IMG/VR virus record: IMGVR_UViG_3300045135_000357
Location: 1 to 59,760 of that record
Reading direction: 5' to 3' (one strand)
Source: a virus
Lineage: Duplodnaviria; Caudoviricetes
DNA: 59,760 nucleotides
Position numbers and translations under genes: made by a program. The notes below the pieces were generated by a model. The model had not been told where the DNA came from. It saw nothing but the letters and a program-made list of their open reading frames with translations, and made no database searches. Positions 36,601 through 44,855 of this stretch are shown here, piece by piece (the stretch's first letter is position 1; every line of letters begins with the position of its first letter).

Positions 36601-39600
36601 ACATTAACCCGGCCAGCACTCCTCTAGGCGCATTTGCGCGTGATATGGTCGAGCTAGGTGGCGACACCAAAACGGTAGAGTGGCAAGAAGCTGTTACTCG
36701 AATGAACGACCGCATGTCGGAAGGTGAGGGTTGGGGTAAAGTCGCGGCAGTTTGGGGTGGGTTCCAAGAAGCCCCGGTGCAGTTTGTTGCTGAGATCATA
36801 GGTAAAGAAATCCTGCAGGAGATTCCAATTCTTCTCGCAAGCGGGGGTACGGGTAATATTACGAAGCGGTTGTTGTCTGAGGCAGGCGAACAAACTGCAC
36901 AGGTGATAGCACAGCGCGCGGCTCTTGGTACGGGCGCGGCTCTCGATCTCGCCGAATCCTTCGGCGGCGCAGCTGGTTCGGCGTATGACTCTGCGTACGC
37001 TACGGCACTTCAGTCGGGTATGTCTGAGACCGAAGCTGAATCCTACGCCCGTGACCTTGCTGTGTCGGCGGGCATGATCGGTGCGACCACGACACTTATT
37101 AGCATGGGTGTTATGGATGGTAACGCGTTCGAAAAAGCTATCTTTGCGCGGGATGATAGCGGTGTAACCGCACAGGCATTCGATTGGCTTACCCAGCGTG
37201 TAGCTGAAGGGGCCGAGGTGTCGTGGAAAGAAGGGGTACAGGAATCCATTGAGGAGGGCCTGCCGACTCTCTTCTCTGAGACAGTGCTTACCCAGCTGGA
37301 CCCGGGACGGGATGTGCTCGGCGCTGTCGCACAGGCAGCAACTCTTGGTGCAATCGCTGGGTCCGGTACGGCGGGCGGTATTTACACTGGGGACGCAATC
37401 GCAGACGCACTGATCCGCATGAATCCACAAGTTCGTACGGCTATTGTGAACGGTGGCTCCGACCCAGAAGGTGTCAAGCAGGCGCTCGCAGACCTCGGTA
37501 TTGACGATGCGCTCGTTGAAGCTGGGGTCGACCCGACGCTCGTGCAGAACAACCTACTCAGTGTAGTAAACAGCGATTACCACAGCACGGGTGACATCTC
37601 CCGTGCGTTCTCTGCGCATCCTGACTTTGTAGTTGGTAACGCTGACATCCTTAACGGGGTGTTGAACTCCGTAGGACAAGACGTCACCACGTATGTGAAC
37701 ACATATGTCGATCAGCGCTACGTCGATATCGACGAGGTAAAGGCTGCTGCCGCTGCAGAAGGCGTCACGCTCACCGACGAGCAAGCCGCGGCTATGGTCA
37801 CTCAGACGACTGACCCCGAGGCTACCCAAGGTGTACTGTATTCGATCCAGCAGACATACGATCCGCAGGCGGTAACCGAGCAAGAAGCACGAGACGCGTT
37901 TGCGGCTCAAGGGTTTAACCCCTCTGACGAGCAAGTGCAGCAGTTTGTTGCGGAAGGCGACGAAACTACGCTGCTTGACGAGCTGTCCCAATACGTTGAC
38001 GCTAACCAAGTCACGGAAGCAGAAGCCCGGCAGTACTTCGCAGATATTGGGTATGATCCAACCGATGAGGAAGTTGCGCAGTTCGTGGGCCAGCAGGCCG
38101 AGGACGAAGCACAGCAGGCAGTCGCTGACTATGTAGACCCCCGTACTGTCGACGCCGAGGAAGTGCTCGCCGCGTACCAAACACTGGGGCTCACACGCCC
38201 AACAGATGCCGATATTCAGGAGCTGGTAGGCCAGTACATGGAGACCGAGCTCGCAGGGCGTGCAGAAGAATACCTGCCGACTGCGCGGTATAACGCGATC
38301 CTTGCCGCTATAGACAACTTTACTGGTGAAGTCGGTGTATCTGACGAAGTGCAGGCCGCACTAGATGTTGTCAAAGCTGACATCATGGAGTCTTTCGGTG
38401 AGCTTGGCCAAGAAGTCGTTGCAATCGACGAGGCTACGCAAAACCTCGAAGCCATAATCGGCAGCATCGCATCTGGCGAAGAAGAAGCCTCTGGCTTGTA
38501 TGCCTATATCGACGACGCGATTGCGACATTGACCGCCGCTGGACTGACCAGTGACGAAGTAGACGCTGCGATCTCTGATATCGTCGGTGCACCCGCGACG
38601 ACCGATGCAGATGGAAACGAAGTTGCTGCCACAGGTATCTACGCGACACTTGCGGAGCTGGGCACGACCGTCGATAACCTCAGCGACCTGAGTACCGAGG
38701 ATATTAAAGGTATTGTCGCAGATGCAGTCGGCGATCTGAACAACCTCAGCACCGAAGATGTGCGGGCCATTGTAACTAACGCGCTGAGCGGCTTTGAGAA
38801 CCTTAGCGAAGAAGACGTACAAACTGTTGTCGGCGATATCATCGGCGCACCTGCAACAACCGATGCAGATGGAAACGAAGTTGCTGCCACAGGTATCTAC
38901 GCAACTATTGAAGGCGCGGTTGGCGATCTGAACAACCTCAGCGCCGCAGACGTACAAGGTATTGTGTCCGAGGCACTGAGCGGCCTTGAAGACAGTATTG
39001 GGATCGACGTACAAGGTGTTGTCGACGATATCGTCGGTGCGCCTGCAACAACTGATGCGGACGGAAACGAAGTTGCTGCTACAGGTATCTACGCAACTAT
39101 CGAAGATGCAGTCGGCAACCTGAACAACCTCAGCACTGAAGACGTACAAGGCATCGTGTCAGATGCACTAAGCGGCTTCGATACCCTAAGCGAAGAAGAC
39201 GTTACGTCTATCGTCGACGGCATTGTCAGTGACCTAAATAATCTAGGTACCACTGACGTTGAGACGATTGTAGCTGACGCGCTGAGTGGTCTTGAGAACC
39301 TTAGCACAGCTGACGTACAAGCTGTTGTCGGTGATATTGTCGGTACCCCTGCTACCGAAGGTGTGGAGTCGACGGGTGTTTACGCGGTTATTGATAACCT
39401 CAACAACCTCAGCGAAACCGATGTAGACAGTATCGTTAACGCGATTGTCGGTACCCCTGCAACCGAAGACGCCGAGGCTACTGGCCTGTATGCTACAATC
39501 GGCGACCTTAACAACATCAGTGAAGAAGATGTTACGGCTATCGTAACTGACGCGCTGAGTGGGCTTGAGAGCCTTAGCGCAGACGACGTTGCATCGGTCG

Positions 39601-41336
39601 TTAATGGCATCATCGGTGCGCCCGCAACAACAGATGCGGATGGAAACGAAGTCGCTGCTACTGGCCTGTACGACTACATCGACGACGGGCTATCCTCCGT
39701 ACAGAAGTCTGTCCTTGATACACTGAGCGAATACGAAACTGCGGGTATCGCGCGTGACGACGCACTGGAACTAGCAATTAGCGACGTCGCTACTGATCTA
39801 GGTGTCACAGAAGAAAATATCCTTAACCGGATCGGTACCGCTGCAACGGAAGACACTCAGGCGACAGGCATATACGCCGCGCTAGAGAGCAACACCGCTG
39901 ACATCCTAGATATACTTGGCACCCCTGCGACAGAGGACGCGGCGGGCACTGGGATTTACGGATATATCGACACCGCAATCGGTGCCATTGGTGAAGACGT
40001 AACTTCGCTGATCGACACTGTGGGCACCCCCTCGATTGCCGACGATCCAACTACGGAAGGCGTAGACGAGAGCCAAGCCGCTACAGGCATATTTGCAGAC
40101 TTAGAGTCCCTGCAGGATAGCGGACTGACTCGTGACCAAGCAATCGAACAACTGGCATCTGACCTTGGCGTAGCACAGTCGGAGCTAGCATCCGCTATCG
40201 GCGACGTAGAAGCCACGTTGCAAGGAGATATCACGGAGCTCGGGGAGCTTATCGGTACTCCTGCAATCGCCGACGATCCAACTACGGAAGGCGTAGACGA
40301 GAGCCAAGCCGCTACAGGCGTATTCGCGGACCTAGAAGCTCTGCAGGATAGTGGGCTGACTCGTGACCAAGCAATCGAACAACTGGCATCTGACCTTGGC
40401 GTAGCACAGGCGGAGCTAGAGTCCGCTATTGCTAATATCGACGTCACTGAGCAAATCACGGACGTGCTTGGTACTACGTTAGGTACCCCCTCGATTGCCG
40501 ACGATCCAACTACGGAAGGCGTAGACGAGAGCCAAGCCGCTACAGGTATATTTGCAGAGCTAGAAGCACTGCAGGAAAGCGGGCTGACGCGTGACCAAGC
40601 GATTTCCGAACTTGCCGCTGCTACGGGTACGAACTTCGATACGCTAAACGATGCACTGCTTTCTACGCAGGAAGACCTGACAGCGCAGATCGGTGACTTG
40701 CAGCTCGATACGCAGGCCGAACTCGACGCTATCGCCGAGCTTATCGGCAAACCCGCACGGGATGTTACACAGGTTGACATCGACTTTGTCGCAGACCTGA
40801 TTGCCCAGCAGGAAGCCATTGCAGAACTCACAGCTGAGCAGCTGCAGTATGACGTGAACCAAGACAACGTAGTTGACCAAGCCGACTACGATCTCCTCCT
40901 GCAGGCTATGGAAGACCCGACCTTCCAGTTTGAGGGAGACACCGTATTCGGCCCGGCTACTGGCTTGTATGCGCAACAGGAACAAGACCTGCAGACTATT
41001 CTGGATACTATTGAGGCTAGTACGCAGGCACAAATTGATGCGCAAACTCAAACTCAGACAGAGCTCTCCACTCAACTACAGACGCAGCTCCAAACACAGT
41101 CGGAAGAGCAGCGACGCCGTGATTTTGGGGACTACCTCCTTCGGCAGGACGATCTGTATGGGCAACGCGTTGACGTTAAAACACCTGATCCAATGCGGAT
41201 TAACTATATGTACGACTGGCAGAGCATATTTGCTACGCCTCAACAGGCCTCACTATTCCCCAGCCCCTATGCAGAGGGTGGACAAGTGGAGGACACAACT
41301 GATAAGTTGTTAAGGATACTAGGAGAAACACGATGA
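33603..41336 (+). CDS. Giant acidic repeat-rich virion/ejection protein (2577 aa)
   Basis: Gly/Ala hydrophobic N-terminus, coiled coil, ~12 GxPA...TG[ILV][YF] repeats, dockerin/EF-hand-like DVNQDNVVDQAD, C-terminal YAEGG. Confidence 0.75.
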   Translation: MPPLVAAAIGYGAGAIAVSAGATVGAAVVVGAGTAILAHESGAADWVFDNIVEPIGEGIQDVLTSDVGRGLLKAAAAITPGMQWAIPLIDAAGALAEGGNIGDALKAAAVSYVGGKLGSAIGEYAGQVAVEATGSQVVGQIVGGGAGRATVALVMGQDPVEAFLQGGLSAGLSAAAGWIEQQGIESGAGQTWSNLPDAAQNVITASLSAALSGEDITEELIWNAVLSSEVVSKTVSGFLENNTGLNDGQIAALTMGIQRTAAVAFSGGDVSQEILNQIDNYANNAFTEWFDNTEAGIAVNTTMDKITGDYQRVAAQTEAMDAKGAEYNEAFAAYEATVTAINEGVAKSTELQTAYERALQNFQANESQENADALSAALDAYNEHNTAFNERYENTLKPNLDYYEGRIPEIEAEFAELSDEYGALVADLTITTEQLGDELTPLYGELDRTFVQFMNPDFDEEVYRQVAGLDADEDAYLHWLTTGKEQGLPTNAADAKQAYNTKFTQILQTTLERNGLTLGDISKTQFDAFVAGISEQYPDYKSIDMAPQYEIADQFAEDYALFLRMQQASRDEAADIQTVLDDWAYLQGNEEEQAELRAQAGAIQDIIDSYQIAKDDPPTTPAAEGEIETLQTLFAAYDYAKANDLSFFGDITPEIVELLALVGVDDALVGEPLTDSDLTALRYRLSQLTGGVITDTMTRALSAAGVDGFMEGESLIDSDIATLQGSLDRLDAGVITPEIAELLRNVVGIDDFFVGENLSPDDIDALQNRVIALTQVADLNDVTFEDAGVSDVNIGSGIARATYDPESGLWDWDEIGLSTGFWSPELGRMVRQFEYYKSEGEPTGDFIQGEGLPPGVGITPGLTLTDEKVYYYQDAITGEWITKPAADGVSISFGTGSAYQFDTPLQGVLETTGVGQTLADLRETAPVAFIEETAKLSADGAAAIAGIVGDAVVDFSRNVVEYADNSDTAVGDGFLNGAGLVLEAGGELLETFNNMLLLANINPASTPLGAFARDMVELGGDTKTVEWQEAVTRMNDRMSEGEGWGKVAAVWGGFQEAPVQFVAEIIGKEILQEIPILLASGGTGNITKRLLSEAGEQTAQVIAQRAALGTGAALDLAESFGGAAGSAYDSAYATALQSGMSETEAESYARDLAVSAGMIGATTTLISMGVMDGNAFEKAIFARDDSGVTAQAFDWLTQRVAEGAEVSWKEGVQESIEEGLPTLFSETVLTQLDPGRDVLGAVAQAATLGAIAGSGTAGGIYTGDAIADALIRMNPQVRTAIVNGGSDPEGVKQALADLGIDDALVEAGVDPTLVQNNLLSVVNSDYHSTGDISRAFSAHPDFVVGNADILNGVLNSVGQDVTTYVNTYVDQRYVDIDEVKAAAAAEGVTLTDEQAAAMVTQTTDPEATQGVLYSIQQTYDPQAVTEQEARDAFAAQGFNPSDEQVQQFVAEGDETTLLDELSQYVDANQVTEAEARQYFADIGYDPTDEEVAQFVGQQAEDEAQQAVADYVDPRTVDAEEVLAAYQTLGLTRPTDADIQELVGQYMETELAGRAEEYLPTARYNAILAAIDNFTGEVGVSDEVQAALDVVKADIMESFGELGQEVVAIDEATQNLEAIIGSIASGEEEASGLYAYIDDAIATLTAAGLTSDEVDAAISDIVGAPATTDADGNEVAATGIYATLAELGTTVDNLSDLSTEDIKGIVADAVGDLNNLSTEDVRAIVTNALSGFENLSEEDVQTVVGDIIGAPATTDADGNEVAATGIYATIEGAVGDLNNLSAADVQGIVSEALSGLEDSIGIDVQGVVDDIVGAPATTDADGNEVAATGIYATIEDAVGNLNNLSTEDVQGIVSDALSGFDTLSEEDVTSIVDGIVSDLNNLGTTDVETIVADALSGLENLSTADVQAVVGDIVGTPATEGVESTGVYAVIDNLNNLSETDVDSIVNAIVGTPATEDAEATGLYATIGDLNNISEEDVTAIVTDALSGLESLSADDVASVVNGIIGAPATTDADGNEVAATGLYDYIDDGLSSVQKSVLDTLSEYETAGIARDDALELAISDVATDLGVTEENILNRIGTAATEDTQATGIYAALESNTADILDILGTPATEDAAGTGIYGYIDTAIGAIGEDVTSLIDTVGTPSIADDPTTEGVDESQAATGIFADLESLQDSGLTRDQAIEQLASDLGVAQSELASAIGDVEATLQGDITELGELIGTPAIADDPTTEGVDESQAATGVFADLEALQDSGLTRDQAIEQLASDLGVAQAELESAIANIDVTEQITDVLGTTLGTPSIADDPTTEGVDESQAATGIFAELEALQESGLTRDQAISELAAATGTNFDTLNDALLSTQEDLTAQIGDLQLDTQAELDAIAELIGKPARDVTQVDIDFVADLIAQQEAIAELTAEQLQYDVNQDNVVDQADYDLLLQAMEDPTFQFEGDTVFGPATGLYAQQEQDLQTILDTIEASTQAQIDAQTQTQTELSTQLQTQLQTQSEEQRRRDFGDYLLRQDDLYGQRVDVKTPDPMRINYMYDWQSIFATPQQASLFPSPYAEGGQVEDTTDKLLRILGETR

Positions 41337-42148
41337 GCTTCTGGACTGACGTTACAGATTGGCTTGGGGGAGCCACCGAAAACATTAACTGGGGTAATGT
41401 GCTGTCTCTTGGGGCCAGCTATGCGCTGAACCAGTCTGGTTTTGCTAATTCGTCCGCACCGCAGACTGGATACCAAGGCGGCATCCCGCGGTACACGCTT
41501 GAGCGTGCCGAGGTGGCCAATACTTACGACCCAAACCGCCGACCGGGTAGCAGTGGGCAACGGTATTTCTCCGACCGTGTGTACACTCCAGAAGGTGAAG
41601 AGAGCGTAATGCCTGCATTGCAGGAACAGGCTCAGGGGCTTGCGGCGTTGAATGCTGCAAATCCCGCACGTCAAGTCCGTCCGCCCAGACCGGAAGCGTC
41701 GACTGGAACACAGGGAAGCCAGCCAGCGAGCATGGCACCAATCTTATCCCGTGCCCCTGCGCGTGTTATTGAGGACGCTCCAGTGCCTCGCCCCGTTGAG
41801 GGTCTCGCGGGTTTTAAACCGCAATACGCCGAAGGTGGCATCACTGGGTTATATGGACCTCGTAGCCCAATGGCTGACAAAACTCAGCAAAAAAACGGGT
41901 ACTATCTTGGTGGTTCGACTGATGGTATGGCTGACCAAGTACCCGCACAGATCGACGGCAGACAACCCGCTGCACTGAGTGATGGTGAATTTGTTATCCC
42001 TGCAGATGTCGTCAGCCACCTTGGCAACGGCAATTCAGACGCAGGTGCGCAACAATTACACAGCATGATGGACCGTGTGCGTAAAGAGCGCACCGGCACA
42101 ACCCAACAAGGCAAGCAGATCAACCCTGCTGCCTTTATGCCGAAGTGA
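41333..42148 (+). CDS. Internal virion protein with a tape-measure-type SDGEFV domain
   Basis: YAEGG and GSTDGMADQVPA...LSDGEFVIPADVV. Confidence 0.65.
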   Translation: MSFWTDVTDWLGGATENINWGNVLSLGASYALNQSGFANSSAPQTGYQGGIPRYTLERAEVANTYDPNRRPGSSGQRYFSDRVYTPEGEESVMPALQEQAQGLAALNAANPARQVRPPRPEASTGTQGSQPASMAPILSRAPARVIEDAPVPRPVEGLAGFKPQYAEGGITGLYGPRSPMADKTQQKNGYYLGGSTDGMADQVPAQIDGRQPAALSDGEFVIPADVVSHLGNGNSDAGAQQLHSMMDRVRKERTGTTQQGKQINPAAFMPK

Positions 42149-42156
42149 GGTAAGCC

Positions 42157-42996
42157 ATGGTTGATGACGTCGCTACAACCGTAACGGACCCGCTAGCAGG
42201 CCAACAGACCGGTACTGAATCCTCCCTGTCTAGTTGGGCGGGCCCTTATGTTACGGACATGCTTGGCCGTGGCTGGGCAATGTCAGAGGAGCCATATAAG
42301 GCGTATACGGGGCCGCTCACTGCTGGGGCCAGCGAAGCGCAAACGGCTGCATTTGAGGGTATTGGGGGGCTGACTATCCCAACCGACCAAATGGGTGCGT
42401 TCACTCCTCAACAGTTTACCGCCGAGTCCGCACAGCAATATATGAATCCGTATCTGATGTCTGCGCTGCAGCCCCAGATCGACGAAGCACGTCGCCAAGC
42501 AGAAATTCAACGCGTTGCTGACGCTTCGCGACTGACTAAAGCCGGTGCATACGGCGGGTCTCGCCAAGCGATTATGGAAGCGGAAGCTAACCGCAACCTG
42601 CTAAACAACCTCGCGGGCATCACTGCTACGGGCTATGCCACTGCCTATGATAAGGCCATGGGGCAGTTCAACACCGAACAAGATCGCGCGCAGGCTGCGC
42701 AGACTGCGGCTAATACCTACGGGCTAGCGGCACTACAAAAACAGGCTGACCTCGGCGGTATCCAACGTGACATCACGCAGGCGGGTATCGAAGCGGATCG
42801 CCAGCAGTTTGAGGAAGAGCGCGACTTCCCGTATAAGCAGGTGCAGTACATGCAGTCGCTGCTGCAAGGCTTGCCGATTGCCGCACAGTCGTATTCGTAC
42901 ATGCAACCCAGCCAGCTTTCGTCGGTACTGTCTGGCGCAGGTGGTATCACAGAACTATTTGATCTTATCACCGGTGGCGGTGGGGAGTCTGCGTAA
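42157..42996 (+). CDS. DNA ejection/pilot-like protein (279 aa)
   Basis: QQYMNPY, AGAYGGSRQAI; Gln/Ala-rich; Gly-rich hydrophobic tail. Confidence 0.65.
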   Translation: MVDDVATTVTDPLAGQQTGTESSLSSWAGPYVTDMLGRGWAMSEEPYKAYTGPLTAGASEAQTAAFEGIGGLTIPTDQMGAFTPQQFTAESAQQYMNPYLMSALQPQIDEARRQAEIQRVADASRLTKAGAYGGSRQAIMEAEANRNLLNNLAGITATGYATAYDKAMGQFNTEQDRAQAAQTAANTYGLAALQKQADLGGIQRDITQAGIEADRQQFEEERDFPYKQVQYMQSLLQGLPIAAQSYSYMQPSQLSSVLSGAGGITELFDLITGGGGESA

Positions 42997-44852
42997 TGGC
43001 AAACGGTATCGACCAAGAGATTCAGTCCAAGGTAGACGCGTACCGGGGCAACCCGCAGGCACTTCAACAGCGTTATGCCCAGAACCAACAGCTCGTAGAC
43101 TTGCTTGCATTGCAAAAGCTCAAGTCTGAGAAGGAAGCCGCTGCACGTGAAATGCAGATGCAAATGCAGCAGCAGCCGCAGACCATCAAACAGCAGCGTG
43201 AGGCCGAACTACTCGGCATGACGAAGCAAGAGATGATGAAGCAGACGCAGGGCATTCTACAGCAGCGTCAAGCTGAGCAGCAGAAAAACATGCAGCGAGT
43301 GGCTCAAGGCGGTATCGGCGCACTTGCGGGCCAACGCCCTGCCGCGCCACAACAAGCCCCCCAAGGTCAACCTATGCCGAGGATGGCTGGTGGCGGGATC
43401 GTAGCGTTCCAAGAGGGTGGGATTACTGAAGCTGATCTGTACAACCTTACCCCCGATGCCTTGGCTCAAATCCGTCGCACTGACCCCGAACGTTACCGTG
43501 CAATCCGTAACGAGTTAGCGCGTAGGCAACGGGAATCTGCTTCTGACTATGGTATGTACGGCCCCACCTCTCAGAGCCGTACCGACACCGACGCTGTCGC
43601 ACGGGCGGGGCGGCAAGACCCGTCACTGGTTGCGCAGGGCTTACAAGCACTAAAGATTGGTGACAGCCCCAACCTCGTACCGGGTGCCGTGGCTCCTCGA
43701 CCCATGCAAGGGCCTACTCCACTTGGCCCTGAGACATTTGCGCCCGGTTTCGAGCGGCAAGGCCCAGAAGATTTTGCATTTGGCATTGGTGCTGATGCTA
43801 CTCCTCGCACCGTAGTGCCTAGCGCTGCTCCGACCGATATGGGTCCTTCGGGGCGCGGAGGTCGACGTGGCCCCGAGGTTGCTGCGGAAGCGGTAGAAGA
43901 TGCTACTACCCCAAGCGGCATTGCAAGTCTTGGCGAATATGTAGCGAAGACCGGTCTTGGTGGGGGCAGCGCAGACGCCGCTATGCAACGTGGTTTCCAA
44001 GCTGCTGATGCGTATACAGGTCGTGCTGAGAAAGCCGGACGTTTTGCCGATATGGAAGCAGAGCTCCGCGCATTTGACGAAGCAACGTATGACCCGACGG
44101 AAGACCGTAGAGACCAGCTTAAAGCGTTCCTCGCAGGCACCGCCAATACCACGAACTTCGGTGCGACTATGGCAGGTGGTACCGTGGCCTCTCTGAACTT
44201 GCGCCGCAAGCAGAAAGCTGAGCGTCGTGACCGCCTCAAAGACATCTTCGCTATGGCAGAGCGGGGGATGGACCTCGACGCTACGCTTGCAAGCGGGGGT
44301 CTAAAGTTGGGTCAGCAGATGTACGCAGATGCTATGGCCAACCAACGAGCAGCCCTGCAAGCGGCGACATCTATGCGTAACGAAGACTTGCGGGCCGCAA
44401 CCGAACGTGCGAAGCTTGAATACCAACAGCTCAAAGACGACCGGCAGTTCGGTCTGGACGAGCGTGAGTTGAATATTGAAGAGGCATATAACGCCGCGCA
44501 GGTCGCACTCACAGCCGAACAGAATGATACCCAGAGATTTACGGCGGTGTCGTCGGCCCTTGACCGTATCCAAGGGCAAGAACTGGCTGTTCACGAATAT
44601 GTGGTAGAGAACTCGCAGCTCCCGGACTTGCAAGAGAAGCTGTATCTCACACAAGACCCCGACGAGATAGCGAGACTAGAGGCCGCTATCGCTGCAGAAG
44701 AAGCAGAAGTTGCTATCAAAACAGAAACAATCTTCGATAACATGGGTGGCGTTGAAGCGCGTGATACACTGGCTGCAGAGTTGCTAAACCTTACCAACAC
44801 CGGTGCAACTATGTTAAGTCGGGAAGACGTGACTGCTATTACGAAAGAGTAA
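42996..44852 (+). CDS. DNA ejection-like protein (618 aa)
   Basis: Gln-rich coiled coils; MAGGGIVAFQEGG; TAATG coupling. Confidence 0.6.
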   Translation: MANGIDQEIQSKVDAYRGNPQALQQRYAQNQQLVDLLALQKLKSEKEAAAREMQMQMQQQPQTIKQQREAELLGMTKQEMMKQTQGILQQRQAEQQKNMQRVAQGGIGALAGQRPAAPQQAPQGQPMPRMAGGGIVAFQEGGITEADLYNLTPDALAQIRRTDPERYRAIRNELARRQRESASDYGMYGPTSQSRTDTDAVARAGRQDPSLVAQGLQALKIGDSPNLVPGAVAPRPMQGPTPLGPETFAPGFERQGPEDFAFGIGADATPRTVVPSAAPTDMGPSGRGGRRGPEVAAEAVEDATTPSGIASLGEYVAKTGLGGGSADAAMQRGFQAADAYTGRAEKAGRFADMEAELRAFDEATYDPTEDRRDQLKAFLAGTANTTNFGATMAGGTVASLNLRRKQKAERRDRLKDIFAMAERGMDLDATLASGGLKLGQQMYADAMANQRAALQAATSMRNEDLRAATERAKLEYQQLKDDRQFGLDERELNIEEAYNAAQVALTAEQNDTQRFTAVSSALDRIQGQELAVHEYVVENSQLPDLQEKLYLTQDPDEIARLEAAIAAEEAEVAIKTETIFDNMGGVEARDTLAAELLNLTNTGATMLSREDVTAITKE

Positions 44853-44855
44853 CCG

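Noticed and set aside
39956-40867. 303-aa antisense ORF and similar long antisense ORFs over late genes
   Set aside because: Expected shadows of GC-biased repetitive coding sequence; Ser/Ala-rich with no SD.
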